Assembly: GCF_006345805.1 (NCBI RefSeq)
Contig: NC_043003.1
Coordinates: 28,458,001-28,522,000, forward strand
Reading direction: 5' to 3'
Source of the DNA: Octopus sinensis
Taxonomy: Eukaryota
DNA: 64,000 nucleotides
Below, piece after piece: positions 14,073-25,899 of this stretch. The position numbers and the translations under genes were made by a program. A model generated the notes under the pieces. It saw nothing but the letters and a program-made list of their open reading frames with translations. It was not told the origin of the DNA and searched no databases. Every line of letters starts with the position of its first letter. Within the stretch, counting starts at the first letter, position 1.

Positions 14073-15145
14073 TGATTATCCCCCTTGAGTTATACTCTCC
14101 TGTATAAATGCAAAACTGTTTCATACCTGCTTCTACGCAAGATTAAATCAAAAACTTATGATTCCATAACAATGAGTCACGATTAGCAAAGCGACACTGG
14201 GCGACTGTGTACATGTTTTAAAGGATTAAATAATCTTTACCTACACAAACAAGATTTCTGTGCTTCATCACCTTAAATCTTATTTTATATTTACCACCAC
14301 GTGGAATCTGCCTCTGGATTTTTCACCATTTTTTCTCTCGTTGTTTGCGTATTTAACTTGTTTGTTTTCGTACTTCATGTTGTTTACACAATTGATGTCC
14401 TGCAGCCATATATGCATGGCCACAGTCATGTGACTGAAACAAATAAAAGAATAAAAGAATATATTTATATTATTTATATTATTATTTGATTGAACGTCAC
14501 GCATTCATTTCCAAGTAAGTTTATCTTTACCTTTTTGATGCGGCTCTCCTGTAAACTGCTTTCTCCTCATCCTTCTCTAATTACCTTTTTCTCCCCTTCA
14601 CCGTCTTCTATCTGTCTTTCTCCCTCTCCCGTCTTTCTCTTTTTCTCTCTCTCGTTGCTCACACGTGACCATCGTCCATCCTCCTTTTCCTCACGCGCCA
14701 TATTTCTTTTCCTGCACGACGTTCCAAGGACTGGAAGTCTTCTATCTCTTCTATCTTTTCCATTTTCAACGGAAATATTTCTCCCAGTGTTCACTATTTT
14801 CTCTCGTTCTGGGCTAACGATCCTCTATGCTTGTTTTCGTTCGGTTTCCTTGTATGTCTCCACTGTATATTTGTTCCCAACATTGACCGTCCATAAATTC
14901 AAAATTTTAATTTGCAATTTATGAAAGCAATTGTCTTCGAAGATTCATATTGTCGTTAAATACTCGAAATGAAAAGTAGATAGACAGCCAACAACTGACG
15001 AAGGGTCGTTCTCCGTGTTACCTTCCCAGATTTCCACATTTTTCTCTAGCTACTTGCGTATTTAACTCGTTTGTTTTCGTACTTCATGTTGTTTACAGTT
15101 GGTGACGTCCTATACCCATATATGAATATATATATATATATAAGC

Positions 15146-15437
15146 AATAATAAATCGCTGAGCGAGATATAAACAGTAGCACGACATCGTGAAATATATT
15201 TGCCACCTAAATGTGGCTAACCTTTAAGGGTCAATGCTACTGTAGCTTATAGCCCCAGGAAGACACCTCCTCCAGCTGGCTATTGACAGTCCCTGTGTAT
15301 CACGCGAGGCTGGAGATGGGAAAATACTGATAGGGCACATATAGTGTGTCAATAGCCAGCTGGAGATGTCTCCCTGGAGCTACACGCTACATTATCATCG
15401 ACCCTTAAGGGTTAGCCGCATTTAGGTGGCAAATATA
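15146..15437. mobile_element. Internally deleted copy of the foldback element at 54181-54597
   Basis: Arms tatatttgccacctaaatgtggctaacc...ccagctggctattgaca and tgtcaatagccagctgg...ggttagccgcatttaggtggcaaatata. The same ~48-bp unpaired 5' extension as the 54-kb copy. Confidence 0.88.
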
Positions 15438-16116
15438 CATCAATACAGCAAACACTTTTTGTCAAGTCTCAGTGAGTACAAATCTGTCATGACCAGCTTT
15501 TGTCACAAGGATGCATCTGTCCAAGGTCAAATTTTACCATCAACTTCGGGAAAATAAGCGTATCGAGAGAGAACATGCTCGGCGCTTTAATGCAATTAAA
15601 AGTTGCAATTTTAATGTCAAATGAGTCTACAGAAAACAGAAATATCGTTCTTCAGTTGAAACAAGGTGGATAGAGATCCTATGATCCTTTGATGTATCCA
15701 TTGCTTTTTCTATATGGAACAGACGGCTACCATATATATTTGCAAGAGAGAAATTATCGCCAAGGAACAGTGAAATATGACGATTGGAGGATTTCGCGAC
15801 TCACCAATTATTCTACTTAATCTCGAGCAACACTGGGTATGCCTGCAAGTATGTATATATATTTATAATATATATGTATATATGTGTCTATGCATACATA
15901 CATACATGCTTGCATACATACATACATGCTTGCATACATACATGCTTGCATACATACATACATGCTTGCATACATACATACATGCTTCCTTGCTTGCATA
16001 CATACATACATACATACATGCTTGCATGCATACATACATACATACATGCATACATACATACATACATACATACATACATACATACATACATACATACATA
16101 CATACATGCATACATA

Positions 16117-16353
16117 CATGATGGTTGCCCCCTCGTTATCGAATATGGCCATTGCACGAAGCTTAACTGTTATTGGTGCTGTGATCGAATGTGACTTTTT
16201 AGCCCAGCTAAAGATCTACAATGTCTTGTACAGAATTGGCAGCTAAAACCTTTACCGGCAATAGCCGGCTGTAGTTGTAACTGGGATTCATGTACCTTCG
16301 CATGTCGTTTAAGTCCTCCTGCCAAATTACACTTTCTTCTGCATGTCGGCATC
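16117..16353 (-). mobile_element. 3' end of an RTE-like LINE (terminal C2H2-like fingers plus short UTR) embedded in (TACA)n
   Basis: PTCRRKCNLAGGLKRHAKVH...FSCQFCTRHCRSLAGLKSHIRSQHQ*, then a ~55-nt UTR and a (ATGT)n tail; the same repeat lies on the 5' side. Confidence 0.65.
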
Positions 16354-17123
16354 ATGCATACATACATACATACATACATACATACATACATACATACATA
16401 CATACATACATACATACATACATACTACATACATACATACAGAGTGAGTGAGAGAAAGAGAAAGGTAGAAGAAGGTTGCTGCTGTTTACATTTGACTGGG
16501 TATTCCACAGTGGTTAAGTATTCCGTAGTCACACCTACACCTAACCCTAACATAATGCTGAGATAGAATCAGTTTAATACAAGGTACGACATAGCTCACT
16601 TTTTAACTCACATTTAGAATTCATACGGGGAGCTAACCAAATTTTCCATAAATCCAGATTCATTCAGAAAACTTGACTAAATCCAAAACATGATGACACA
16701 CAGTAGGCTCGAACCTGAGACGGCATTGTTTACATACGCATAATACACGGAAACAAATACACACTAAGCATTTTCCAGTAATTGAATAATAAGCTACGTC
16801 ACTTGAGATTTAGCTAGAAACCATATATGTTGTTATCGCATTGATTACATCTTACAAAGTAATGCAGCAGCAGCAGCGGTAGTAGTAGTAGTAGTAGTAG
16901 TAGCAGTAGTAGTAGTAGAAGTAGTAATAGCAGCAGTTGTAATAGCAGCAGTAGTAGTAGAAGTAGTAATAGCAGCAGTTGTAATAGCAGCAGTAGTAGT
17001 AGCAGCAGTAGTATTTAGTATGAGTATGTAATATTTAGCGAAGCGTATTGGTTTAGTATATGTATATATGCGTATATACACCCTCTGTCTCTGTGATGCA
17101 CACACACACACCCACATACATAC

Positions 17124-17176
<53 letters not shown>

Positions 17177-17190
17177 GTGTGTGTGTGTGT

Positions 17191-17230
<40 letters not shown>

Positions 17231-17563
17231 CACCTCTGTATCTAAAATTGCAAAGAATTTGAATATTCTTCAGATGTTGATTCTCACTAAATATAGAATA
17301 TTTTCAATGCCAGTAGATCTGGAAACCCAACGTAAAACGATTCCAATCCAAGAAGGAATCGATGAGCAAACAATTTTATAAATTGCTAATTACTTTAATA
17401 ATTTGCAGATAGTGGGTGTTATCCATGATGGAGGCGAGGAGCGGAATTGGCCATTAAAAATAACAATTATGAATGAATTTGGAATCATTAAAGAATTATA
17501 ATAATTACATGAAAACAAGATGGACTTGATGCCGCTAGCAACTGGCTTACACGTATGTATATA

Positions 17564-17800
17564 CTAGAACGTAACCTGCCATATGCGATGGGTAATACCA
17601 GGAAATATTGTATAGATACAGTAACCATAATTCGACTTTTATCAAATTTCTTGGTGCTTTCACAAAAGGATGAAAAGAATACTAATTTTCGAATGAAAAA
17701 TATTTGTTACCTTAAAATATAAATAAAACGATATTCAAAATGTATAAAAATTGTAAATTAATCTGTGCTGATATTATATTATGGACGTGCACACACACAC
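17564..17800 (-). mobile_element. Probable non-autonomous Helitron 3' portion
   Basis: Minus strand ends CCATCGCATATGG hairpin...TTCTAG|T at 17564; 5' end not located. Confidence 0.45.
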
Positions 17801-17839
17801 GTAGACTCAACATGTCTCTCTCTATCTTTTTCTATTAGT

Positions 17840-17870
<31 letters not shown>

Positions 17871-17944
17871 TGCATGACCGTTAATCCCTACACATTTTCT
17901 CTCCTTTTTTTTTCGTTCTCTCTCCACTTTTTTCCGTCTCAACC

Positions 17945-17980
17945 CTTTCTGTTGAAGAGCGTTGGCTCGAAACGTCAAGG
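17945..17980 (+). ncRNA. Degenerate minimal hammerhead motif (A6U core)
   Basis: CTTT-CTGTTGA-A-GAGC gttg GCTC-GAAA-CGTC-AAGG. Paralogs at 18797-18835 (-), 45214-45249 (+) and 60802-60836 (+). Confidence 0.5.
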
Positions 17981-19826
17981 ACTTTTCCATTCTTCCCGAG
18001 CGTCGAAATAATATACCTGTTTGTTGTTCCCTCACTTGTCTTCGTCTTTTGTTTTCTGCAAATTTGAACCACACACACACACACACACATACACATATGC
18101 ATACACATATATATATACATATACACACACATATATATATATACATGTGTTTTTATGTATGCATAAACATGTGTATGTATATATTTACGTGTGTATGTCT
18201 GTCTACCTGTCTGTATGTATGCATGCGTATATGCATATATGTAGGTAGATAGGTAGGTAGGTAGGTGTATATACTTGCATTAAGACAGGCCACTCGAGTG
18301 TGCCGTAGGCAACGTGTAACCCTGTGCCGTCTTTGGCATGATTAGGTCCTCAGTGACTGAAATGGGAACCGCACCACCGTTGCTTGGTGTGGAAGGTGAT
18401 ATTGGACTCCCTGCAACATGAATTTGGCTAATTCACTACCTTAAATACAGAAAAAAGAGACTAATCAGACAAACTTACAAATTTGCTGAATAGTTTTGTA
18501 CAATAAATTTAAAAGATGAGAACTGTAAAGAGTCATAAATTAGAACTGGCATTCTTTGCTGCAATATTTTAAGTAAAAAGTTTCTTATTCTTGTCCCATA
18601 GCTTGTCCTATACTTTTCCAGCTGTAATAACTTGTACTCTTCCAGGTTTATAATCTTAACAATATTACTTTTCACGCTCGCATTTTTCCCTGTGAGATAT
18701 ATATATATAGGTCAAACTTGCAGAAAAGCAAAAGACGAAGACGGGTGTATGAACAACAAACAGGTGCGTTAGTTTAACGCCGGGAAGGTGTGAAAATCTT
18801 TTACATTTCGAGCCTACCCTCTTCAACAGAAAAGAACACGATGAAATAAACAGAGAGAGAATAAAAAAGTCTTTTGGAGCTAGCAGTCAATCGTATATAT
18901 ATACGCATATGCACAGAAGAGCAATGCGAATACTAATATGTGCTTTAAATTTATTAATGTTCATATGTAATACACACTCTTACGGAGCAAGATTATAACG
19001 ATAAATGAGTGATAAAGGTGATTCTGCTGCTGCTGCTGCTGATTATGATGATGACGATGATGATGACGGCGACGACGATATTGACAGCAACGACGACGAT
19101 GATGGTGATGTTGATAATGATAAGGATGATGATTTCACATGCACGTACATATGTACGTATGCATGTATGCATGTAAGTATCTATGTATGTATACATATTT
19201 GTATGTATGTATGCATGTGCATATGTATGTGTCTATATGTGCATAAACATACACACAAATATATATCATAAATGGGCTAACGTTGTTGCATACAAACAAG
19301 TTTAAATGCTCTCAATACTAAGCGTAAAATATACATGAAATCCAAAATGGAATACAAAAGATTTGAGATCAAAGGTGCTCAAACCATGACAATCTCGCCT
19401 TTTATCCAAACAATGAAACGACGTCTCTGACTATGTTATACAATATATATGCATCGAAATGTTGAGTAGATGAACAGTCGACAACTGATGAAGGGTTAGG
19501 ATTAGGGTCGTTCTTTATATTACTTGCCTTGTTTTCCATTTGTTTCTCTCGTTCTTCGCTTACACAAGTTTGCCCTCGTATTTCATGTTTACGTTTTCTG
19601 ACGTCCTGTACCCATATGTGCATATATATATATATATATATATACATACATATATTTCAATGCACTCACAAACTCGCTCACGTTCATACACATGCACACA
19701 CACACATGCATACGCATACATACTCTCGCATACACCCCATGCACACATGTACACACGCACACGCACACATACATCCATACTCATATATGTATACGCACAC
19801 ATACATGCGCTCACACACACACATGT

Positions 19827-19863
<37 letters not shown>

Positions 19864-20236
19864 TTTTCACTCTACCAAATTTATTCACCAAGGTAACCGA
19901 GCAGTGGGATTGATCCCGAAACCTTGCGGTTGCAAAGAAAGATTATTAACCACACACAGTCATTAGTAATTTCGATAAAAAAAAATTATGCAGTGGTGCC
20001 CCACCATGGCCACAGTCTAATGACTGAAGTAAATATACACATATAAAAGGTAAAAGGCACGGGACACTAGTGGATGCAAACATCTAAAAAGAGGCTTGCA
20101 AGGGCAATACGGTTAATGATCAACCTCTACGTTTGAATATCGGTAGAGACGGGAAAATGTGGACAAGGAATGAAATTAGCTGTACGTGGTTTCCCAAAAT
20201 TAGATTCTGCTTCACAAAAAAATTCTGCACTTTATT

Positions 20237-20438
20237 TTTACTCTTTTACTTGTTTCAGTCATTTGACTGTGGCCATGCTGGAGCACCGCTTTTAGTCGAG
20301 CAAATCGACCCCAGGACTTATTCTCTGTAAGCCTAGTATTTATTCAATCAGTCATTTGTGCCGAACCGCTAGGTTACGGGGACGTAAACACATCAGCATC
20401 GGTTGTCAAGCGATGTTGGGGGGACACAGACACAGCAA

Positions 20439-20495
<57 letters not shown>

Positions 20496-20686
20496 CACAC
20501 ACACACATATGTATACATATATACGACGGGCTTTCTTCAGTTTCCGTCTACCAAATTCACTCACAAGGCTTTGGTCTGCCCGAGGCTATAGTAGAAGACA
20601 TTTGCCCAAGGTGCCACGCAGTTGGACTGAACCCGGAACCATGTGGTTGGTAAGCAAGCTACTTACCACACAGCCGCTCCTACGCC
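20237..20686 (-). mobile_element. SINE family A, full length
   Basis: Reverse complement of the 12415-12795 / 57306-57704 consensus with internal (CA)n. Confidence 0.93.
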
Positions 20687-22249
20687 TATATTTACTTTTT
20701 AGTTTATTATTTTATTTTATTTTATTTATCAGTGTTTTTAATGCAAAATATGCAAAAAAGGCGTTGATAAGGCAACGTTTGGTGGGAAAATGAGTCTTGG
20801 TATAACATTTTCCAATGAATGGAAGCGGTACGAATCCAAATGATTTTCTTTGAAAGGGGCATCGGTAAAATGCAAGACCTTGAAAGAAGGCGTTAGTAAA
20901 ACGTCATACAGTGAAAGGGGATTGCTGAGCTGGAAATGGTTGAGAACCACAGGCCTAAATGTAGGGCAGGGGTCATTACTATTTTCATTAGCATTTCTAG
21001 AGTCTCCAAGACTGGTGGAAAGTAAGGAAGATATTTCTTGAGAACGGAGACCCGACCCAAAACGTTTTCGAGAGAATAGCCTCCACTAAATAGATTGAAG
21101 TGTGTTAAACCGGGCGAAAAGTTATGTCTGTCCTCACAAAGCAAAAACGGTACCACTGATTGAATAGGAGAGATTCTGTAGTCCAAATTTCCTTCACAAA
21201 TCTCAGATCAGCCCAAAGACAGCAGAAAAAATCGTGTCACAGGTACCCCATAGTGGAATCGAACCCATAATCACTTAGTGAGCAGTAAAGAGTACATCTT
21301 AACCACACAGCTATAGTTCTATGCAACAATTCTAGTTAGTTTACTTACGGAATAAATTAAGAATAGAATAAATAGTGTTTTACATCAATTTACGGAATCT
21401 ACTTAAAAGAAGGTATTTTTGAAGTAAGCAGCGATGTTTACACGGCAGGAGTATGAAAACAGGTAAAACAACGAGTTGTTGCTATATTGGTCGAATGCCA
21501 TGCGTAGATTTGTGGAGATTTACAAGGCATTTACTGATTGTAATCAACTTCGGCGAAACAGGAACGGAGAGTGTATATATCTATGTCATGGATATGCACT
21601 TGTACACACACACACATCGCGCACGCACCCCCACCCATCCACACACACTCACACACACATGCACGCTCACACGCACACATACACATACGTGCGCGCACAG
21701 AGGTACTATATATGTATATAAGCGTATAAATGTACATTAATGTTAAAAACATACGTACATACATGCATACATACATACCTATATGTGTGTGAGTGTGTGT
21801 GTGTGTACATATACACGCCCAAACGCATATATGTATATATATATATATCCATGTATCTCGCTCTCTTTCTCTCTATCTCTCTATCTATCTTTCAATTTAT
21901 CTATTTATCTATCTATCAGTCTATCACTCTATCAGTCTATTTACATACATATAAGACATGCATATATTTGAGATATACATACATACGCGTTGTATACGAT
22001 TATGTATTAAATATATATATATTATGTGTGTGTTTGTGTGTGTGTGTGTGTGTACAAATATTGTAAGCATGCCGAGATGTACATTCCAAAGATAGCTGTG
22101 TTTCGCACAGACAAGAAAGAAAAGAAGTGATGCTGCAGTTGCCATGTTCATCAGTGGCGAAGATGCCATACCGTTCAGTATTCAAACTCAGTCTGAGATA
22201 CACTCATAATACATATAAAGTAATTCGATATGCTAATATCTGCTCGATG

Positions 22250-22600
22250 TGTTGTTATCATCCATCACAATGGTAAATTTGAAGGAAGCCTTAGAATAAT
22301 TATAAGACGTACTAACGCAATAAGATCAGCATATTAACGTATTTCTGTTAGATGACTTCAACCTCATCAGCATGAAATAGCCCAAAGGCAACACGATGTT
22401 GATAATCATCTCGCCATGAACAAAATCAAGCAGGAACTATCTGATTGATTTCACTAAAATAATATTCTTGGAACAAAGATTATCGTACCCAATCTGAATC
22501 AATAACATTTTGGACCTCTGCTACACTAATAACATGGGACTCACTCAGAATGCGAGGATAATGCCAACGATTTTCTCAGACCATGATAAAGTAGAACGAA
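22250..22600 (+). mobile_element. LINE AP-endonuclease domain relic
   Basis: LLDDFNL (22346) and NNILDLCYTNNMGLTQNARIMPTIFSDHDKV (22501-22597) match the GDFN, ILDL and SDH motifs of APE domains. Confidence 0.75.
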
Positions 22601-22848
22601 AGTAAATCGAAGATGTTTACCACACGAACAGCATCTAAATCTTAACAATATATTTATCTTTTATTTGTTTTAGCCATTAGATTGCGGCCATGCTGGGACC
22701 CCCTAATACTAACTTTTTGTGAAGCCTGTTACTTATTCTAATGGTTTCTAACCGCTAAGTAACGGGGACGTAAACACAAACAAAATCACGTGGTGGGGGA
22801 CATATGCAGACCCTAAGACACGCAGACATAAAGATATCTCTCTTTCTC

Positions 22849-23253
22849 TTTTACTCTTTTACTTGTTTCAGTCATTTGACTGCGGCCATGCTGAAGCACC
22901 GCCTTTAGTCGAGCAAATCGACCCCGGAACTTATTCTTTGTAAGCCCAGTACTTATTCTATCGGTCTCTTTTGCCGAACCGCTAAGTGACGAGGACGTAA
23001 ACACACCAGCATCGGTTGTCAGGCAATGCTAGGGTGACAAACACAGACACACAAACACACACACACACATACATATATAGATATACATATACACAACAGG
23101 CTTCTTTCAGTTTCCGTCTACTAAATCCACTTACAAGGATTTGGTCGGTTCGTGGCTATAGTAGACACTTGCTCTAGGTGCCACACAGTGGGAATGAACC
23201 CGGAATCATGTAGTTGGGAAGCAAGCTTTTTACCGCGCAGCCACGCCTGCGCC
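22849..23253 (-). mobile_element. SINE family A, full length
   Basis: Matches the family A consensus on the minus strand; an extra tail fragment lies at ~22660-22800. Confidence 0.93.
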
Positions 23254-23400
23254 TACGTATTGTTTATAATATATTACTGTATGCATATGTATATATATTA
23301 GATTCTATAATACAGATCTATATTTAAGAGATGAGGAATTATGTACATTATTTACATTATTTACAATTGACGGATATTTGTCCTCATCTTGTTTGTTGTT

Positions 23401-23446
23401 AACACAACGTTTCGGCTGATATACCCTCAAGCCTTCATCAGGTGTC
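23401..23446 (-). ncRNA. Minimal type I hammerhead ribozyme with canonical core
   Basis: GACAC-CTGATGA-A-GGCT tgagggtatatc AGCC-GAAA-CGTT-GTGTT. 5-bp stem I, 4-bp stem II, palindromic ACGT stem III, GUU cleavage triplet. Confidence 0.8.
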
Positions 23447-23538
23447 TTGGGAAATTTCGAACCTGGGTTCTCATTCCTAAGGTATTTTTCGGTGTTGATG
23501 TTGTTGTTGTTATCATTATTATTATTATTATTATTATT

Positions 23539-24092
23539 GAGTGAGAGAGCAGTTCATGCCATCAAAGTGACACTGGGGTAAAATATACGAAGCCCAATAT
23601 ACCCATCATGACTACCCGCCCGATAAAGGTACACCAGGCACATGCATCACAACCATATGTGCGCGACATGGTGATCTCATATCAAGATAAACAGCACATG
23701 ACCTTGCAGGTGGGGCCCAGTTAGAATTTTCTTCAGGTTGAGTAGCCCATCTCGCTCAAAAGGTCTCTGAATAAGGGTTGTTTAAGGATGTTGAAAGAAC
23801 CACCCATGTTTCCAGGGGTGAATTATTCAAACCCCAAAGAATCCCCCCCAACACATGGCCATGATGCTCCCCCACTACTTCTGATCGTGATCAGAGATGC
23901 ACATATCGTCAGCCACTAAGGGACATGCTCAACTGGTTATGGTCAAACAACTGACAAGCAAATCTGTGGTATTGAGCAGAATATTTTCTGTAGCCCATCT
24001 TTTATACCAAAACAAAACAATGTACATGATAACACTTCCAATCAGTTAAGATCAGAAGCCATGAGAGCCACTGCCTGGTACTGCATCAGGGC

Positions 24093-24095
<3 letters not shown>
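23539..24095. mobile_element. 557-bp non-coding insertion splitting an (ATT)n tract
   Basis: Complex sequence bounded precisely by (ATT)n on both sides; no ORF and no TIR seen. Confidence 0.6.
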
Positions 24096-24139
<44 letters not shown>

Positions 24140-24404
24140 TCACTGCCTGGAATCGAACTCGGAATATTGAGGTTAGTAGCCCGCGCTCTTAACCACTACG
24201 CCATATCCGTTAATTGTAAATAATGTAGATTTATATGCATGCATGCATGCATACATACATACATACATGCATGCATGCATGCATACATACATACATACAT
24301 ACATACATACATACATACATACACACACATACATACATACATACATACATACATACATACATACATACATACATACATACATACATACATACTCGATTTT
24401 TACT

Positions 24405-24750
24405 GCCAGGTAAAGAAAACGTAACATCAGGACTTAGCTGACGAGGCCGTTTGTCAATGGATAGCATATCGCTTCATTCCCTATCGAAGTCGGCTGCCGA
24501 AACTTTCGCGCTGGATCGGTGCGCTATTTCTTGTAGAAGATAGGTCTGGAACTCAGACAACTGGAGGAAGTCATCAAGGAGATAGGCACGGCAGCTGAAA
24601 CGAGTTCAAGGTGGGTACGGTTGATAAGAGACCGCAAGCAGGACCCTTCCGTAGGTGAAAACTGGTTCAGCCCTTACTGATCCACTCAGGGAAAACGTAC
24701 AGGCTAAGGGTCAAAACACTTGTGACCCTGAGTAGCGAGTACAGTTTCTG
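24405..24750 (+). mobile_element. 3' end of a HERO/NeSL-type restriction-like-endonuclease non-LTR retrotransposon
   Basis: HQDLADEA..QW, frameshift, then FPIEVGCRNF...FL*KIGL...IGTAAETSSRWVRL, resembling the P(I/V)EVGCRGF...AE..S.W.W ending of this group (from memory). Follows a (TACA)n tract. Confidence 0.6.
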
Positions 24751-24956
24751 TGCGGGGGCAAAGCAGACATGATGTTTATTTTACGCAAACACACACACAC
24801 ACACACACATATTCCCCCCACAAATCGAACTCGTCAGGACAAAATAAAAATCAAAATGGTAAAAACGGAACGTTTCGTTGTTCATTTATGATATCGGATG
24901 CTTTTTTTTACTTTGTTTAGAAGAGGAGAATATTGTTTTTGTTTTATTTTTTGAAA

Positions 24957-24959
<3 letters not shown>

Positions 24960-25021
<62 letters not shown>

Positions 25022-25141
25022 GAAAATAAAAGAAGTGGAATATATAGGATAGATAGATAAATAGATAGAGAGAGAGAGAGAGATAGAGAGCGATGTTTCA
25101 GGGCAATTAAGAAAGAGGAGAAAAAATAATAAAGGATCGGT

Positions 25142-25172
<31 letters not shown>

Positions 25173-25189
25173 GAGACAGACAGATAGAT

Positions 25190-25264
<75 letters not shown>

Positions 25265-25285
25265 GGATGGATTGATGAATGGATT

Positions 25286-25321
<36 letters not shown>

Positions 25322-25346
25322 AAGTGAGAGAGAGAAAGAGAGAGAC

Positions 25347-25397
<51 letters not shown>

Positions 25398-25405
25398 TAG
25401 AGAGA
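24960..25405. repeat. Compound (GA)n/(GATA)n/(GACA)n microsatellite
   Basis: Direct reading. Confidence 0.95.
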
Positions 25406-25899
25406 GGTTTATGTGGTCAATTTATTGAAATTTCATTACAAAGCATTTTATCTTTTTTCTTTCTTTCTTTTTGCTTCTGATTGCATACCTATCAACATAT
25501 TTGTAAAGAAACACATATTCCCACAAGGGCTGGTGACCTTTCAAAATGTTCATTTTTTAGGAAGCAGGATGGAAAATATAAGATAAGAGGGGCGGGGGCG
25601 GTCATCACTGAAAAATAAAAAGTGAGTTCAAAGTTCAAAGTCCTATGAAAATATATATTCCTTTACACTTGTATAGTCAAATCCCATATTCTGTGTAATT
25701 TCATGAGTTGCATGAACAAACATTAAATATTAGTACAATATTTATAAATTTGGAAAATAAAGTCATAATTATTAAAAATAATTTGGTACTGTTTATAACT
25801 CAGTTTCTATGTACATTTAATCAAACATCATAAATGAGTTTTGTATGCATATTGTATATTTAGCTGAAAGCCACTCTCTAGGATGTAAATTATATAATA

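Larger units (their letters stand above)
23300..24212 (-). mobile_element. tRNA-headed SINE-like element with (AAT)n linker and hammerhead-containing tail, carrying a nested insertion
   Basis: Head 24212-24137 has A box TGGCGTAGTGG and B box GAGTTCGATTCC. It is followed by (AAT)n, the tail 23520-23300 with the hammerhead, and TA-rich sequence. Confidence 0.65.

Noticed and set aside
16170-16415. Host C2H2 zinc-finger gene exon
   Set aside because: No TGEKP linkers. The start lies in a microsatellite, and it ends with a short UTR and repeat tail as LINE 3' ends do.
19490-19510. TTAGGG-like telomeric repeats (also 16540-16550)
   Set aside because: Only one or two imperfect units; not an interstitial telomere array.
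22335-22375. Minus-strand CTGATGA...GAAA
   Set aside because: Lies inside the AP-endonuclease coding relic and stem III does not pair; likely chance.
24030-24095. HDV-like ribozyme at the 5' end of the 557-bp insertion
   Set aside because: GCTTCTGATC/GATTGGAAGT forms a simple hairpin; there is no room for a P2 strand and no L3 or J4/2 consensus.
24137-24212. Functional tRNA gene
   Set aside because: A and B boxes are present but the acceptor and anticodon stems do not pair; treated as a SINE head.
24438-24505. CTGACGA-GGC...GCC-GAAA
   Set aside because: Falls within the HERO-like coding relic and lacks stems I and III.
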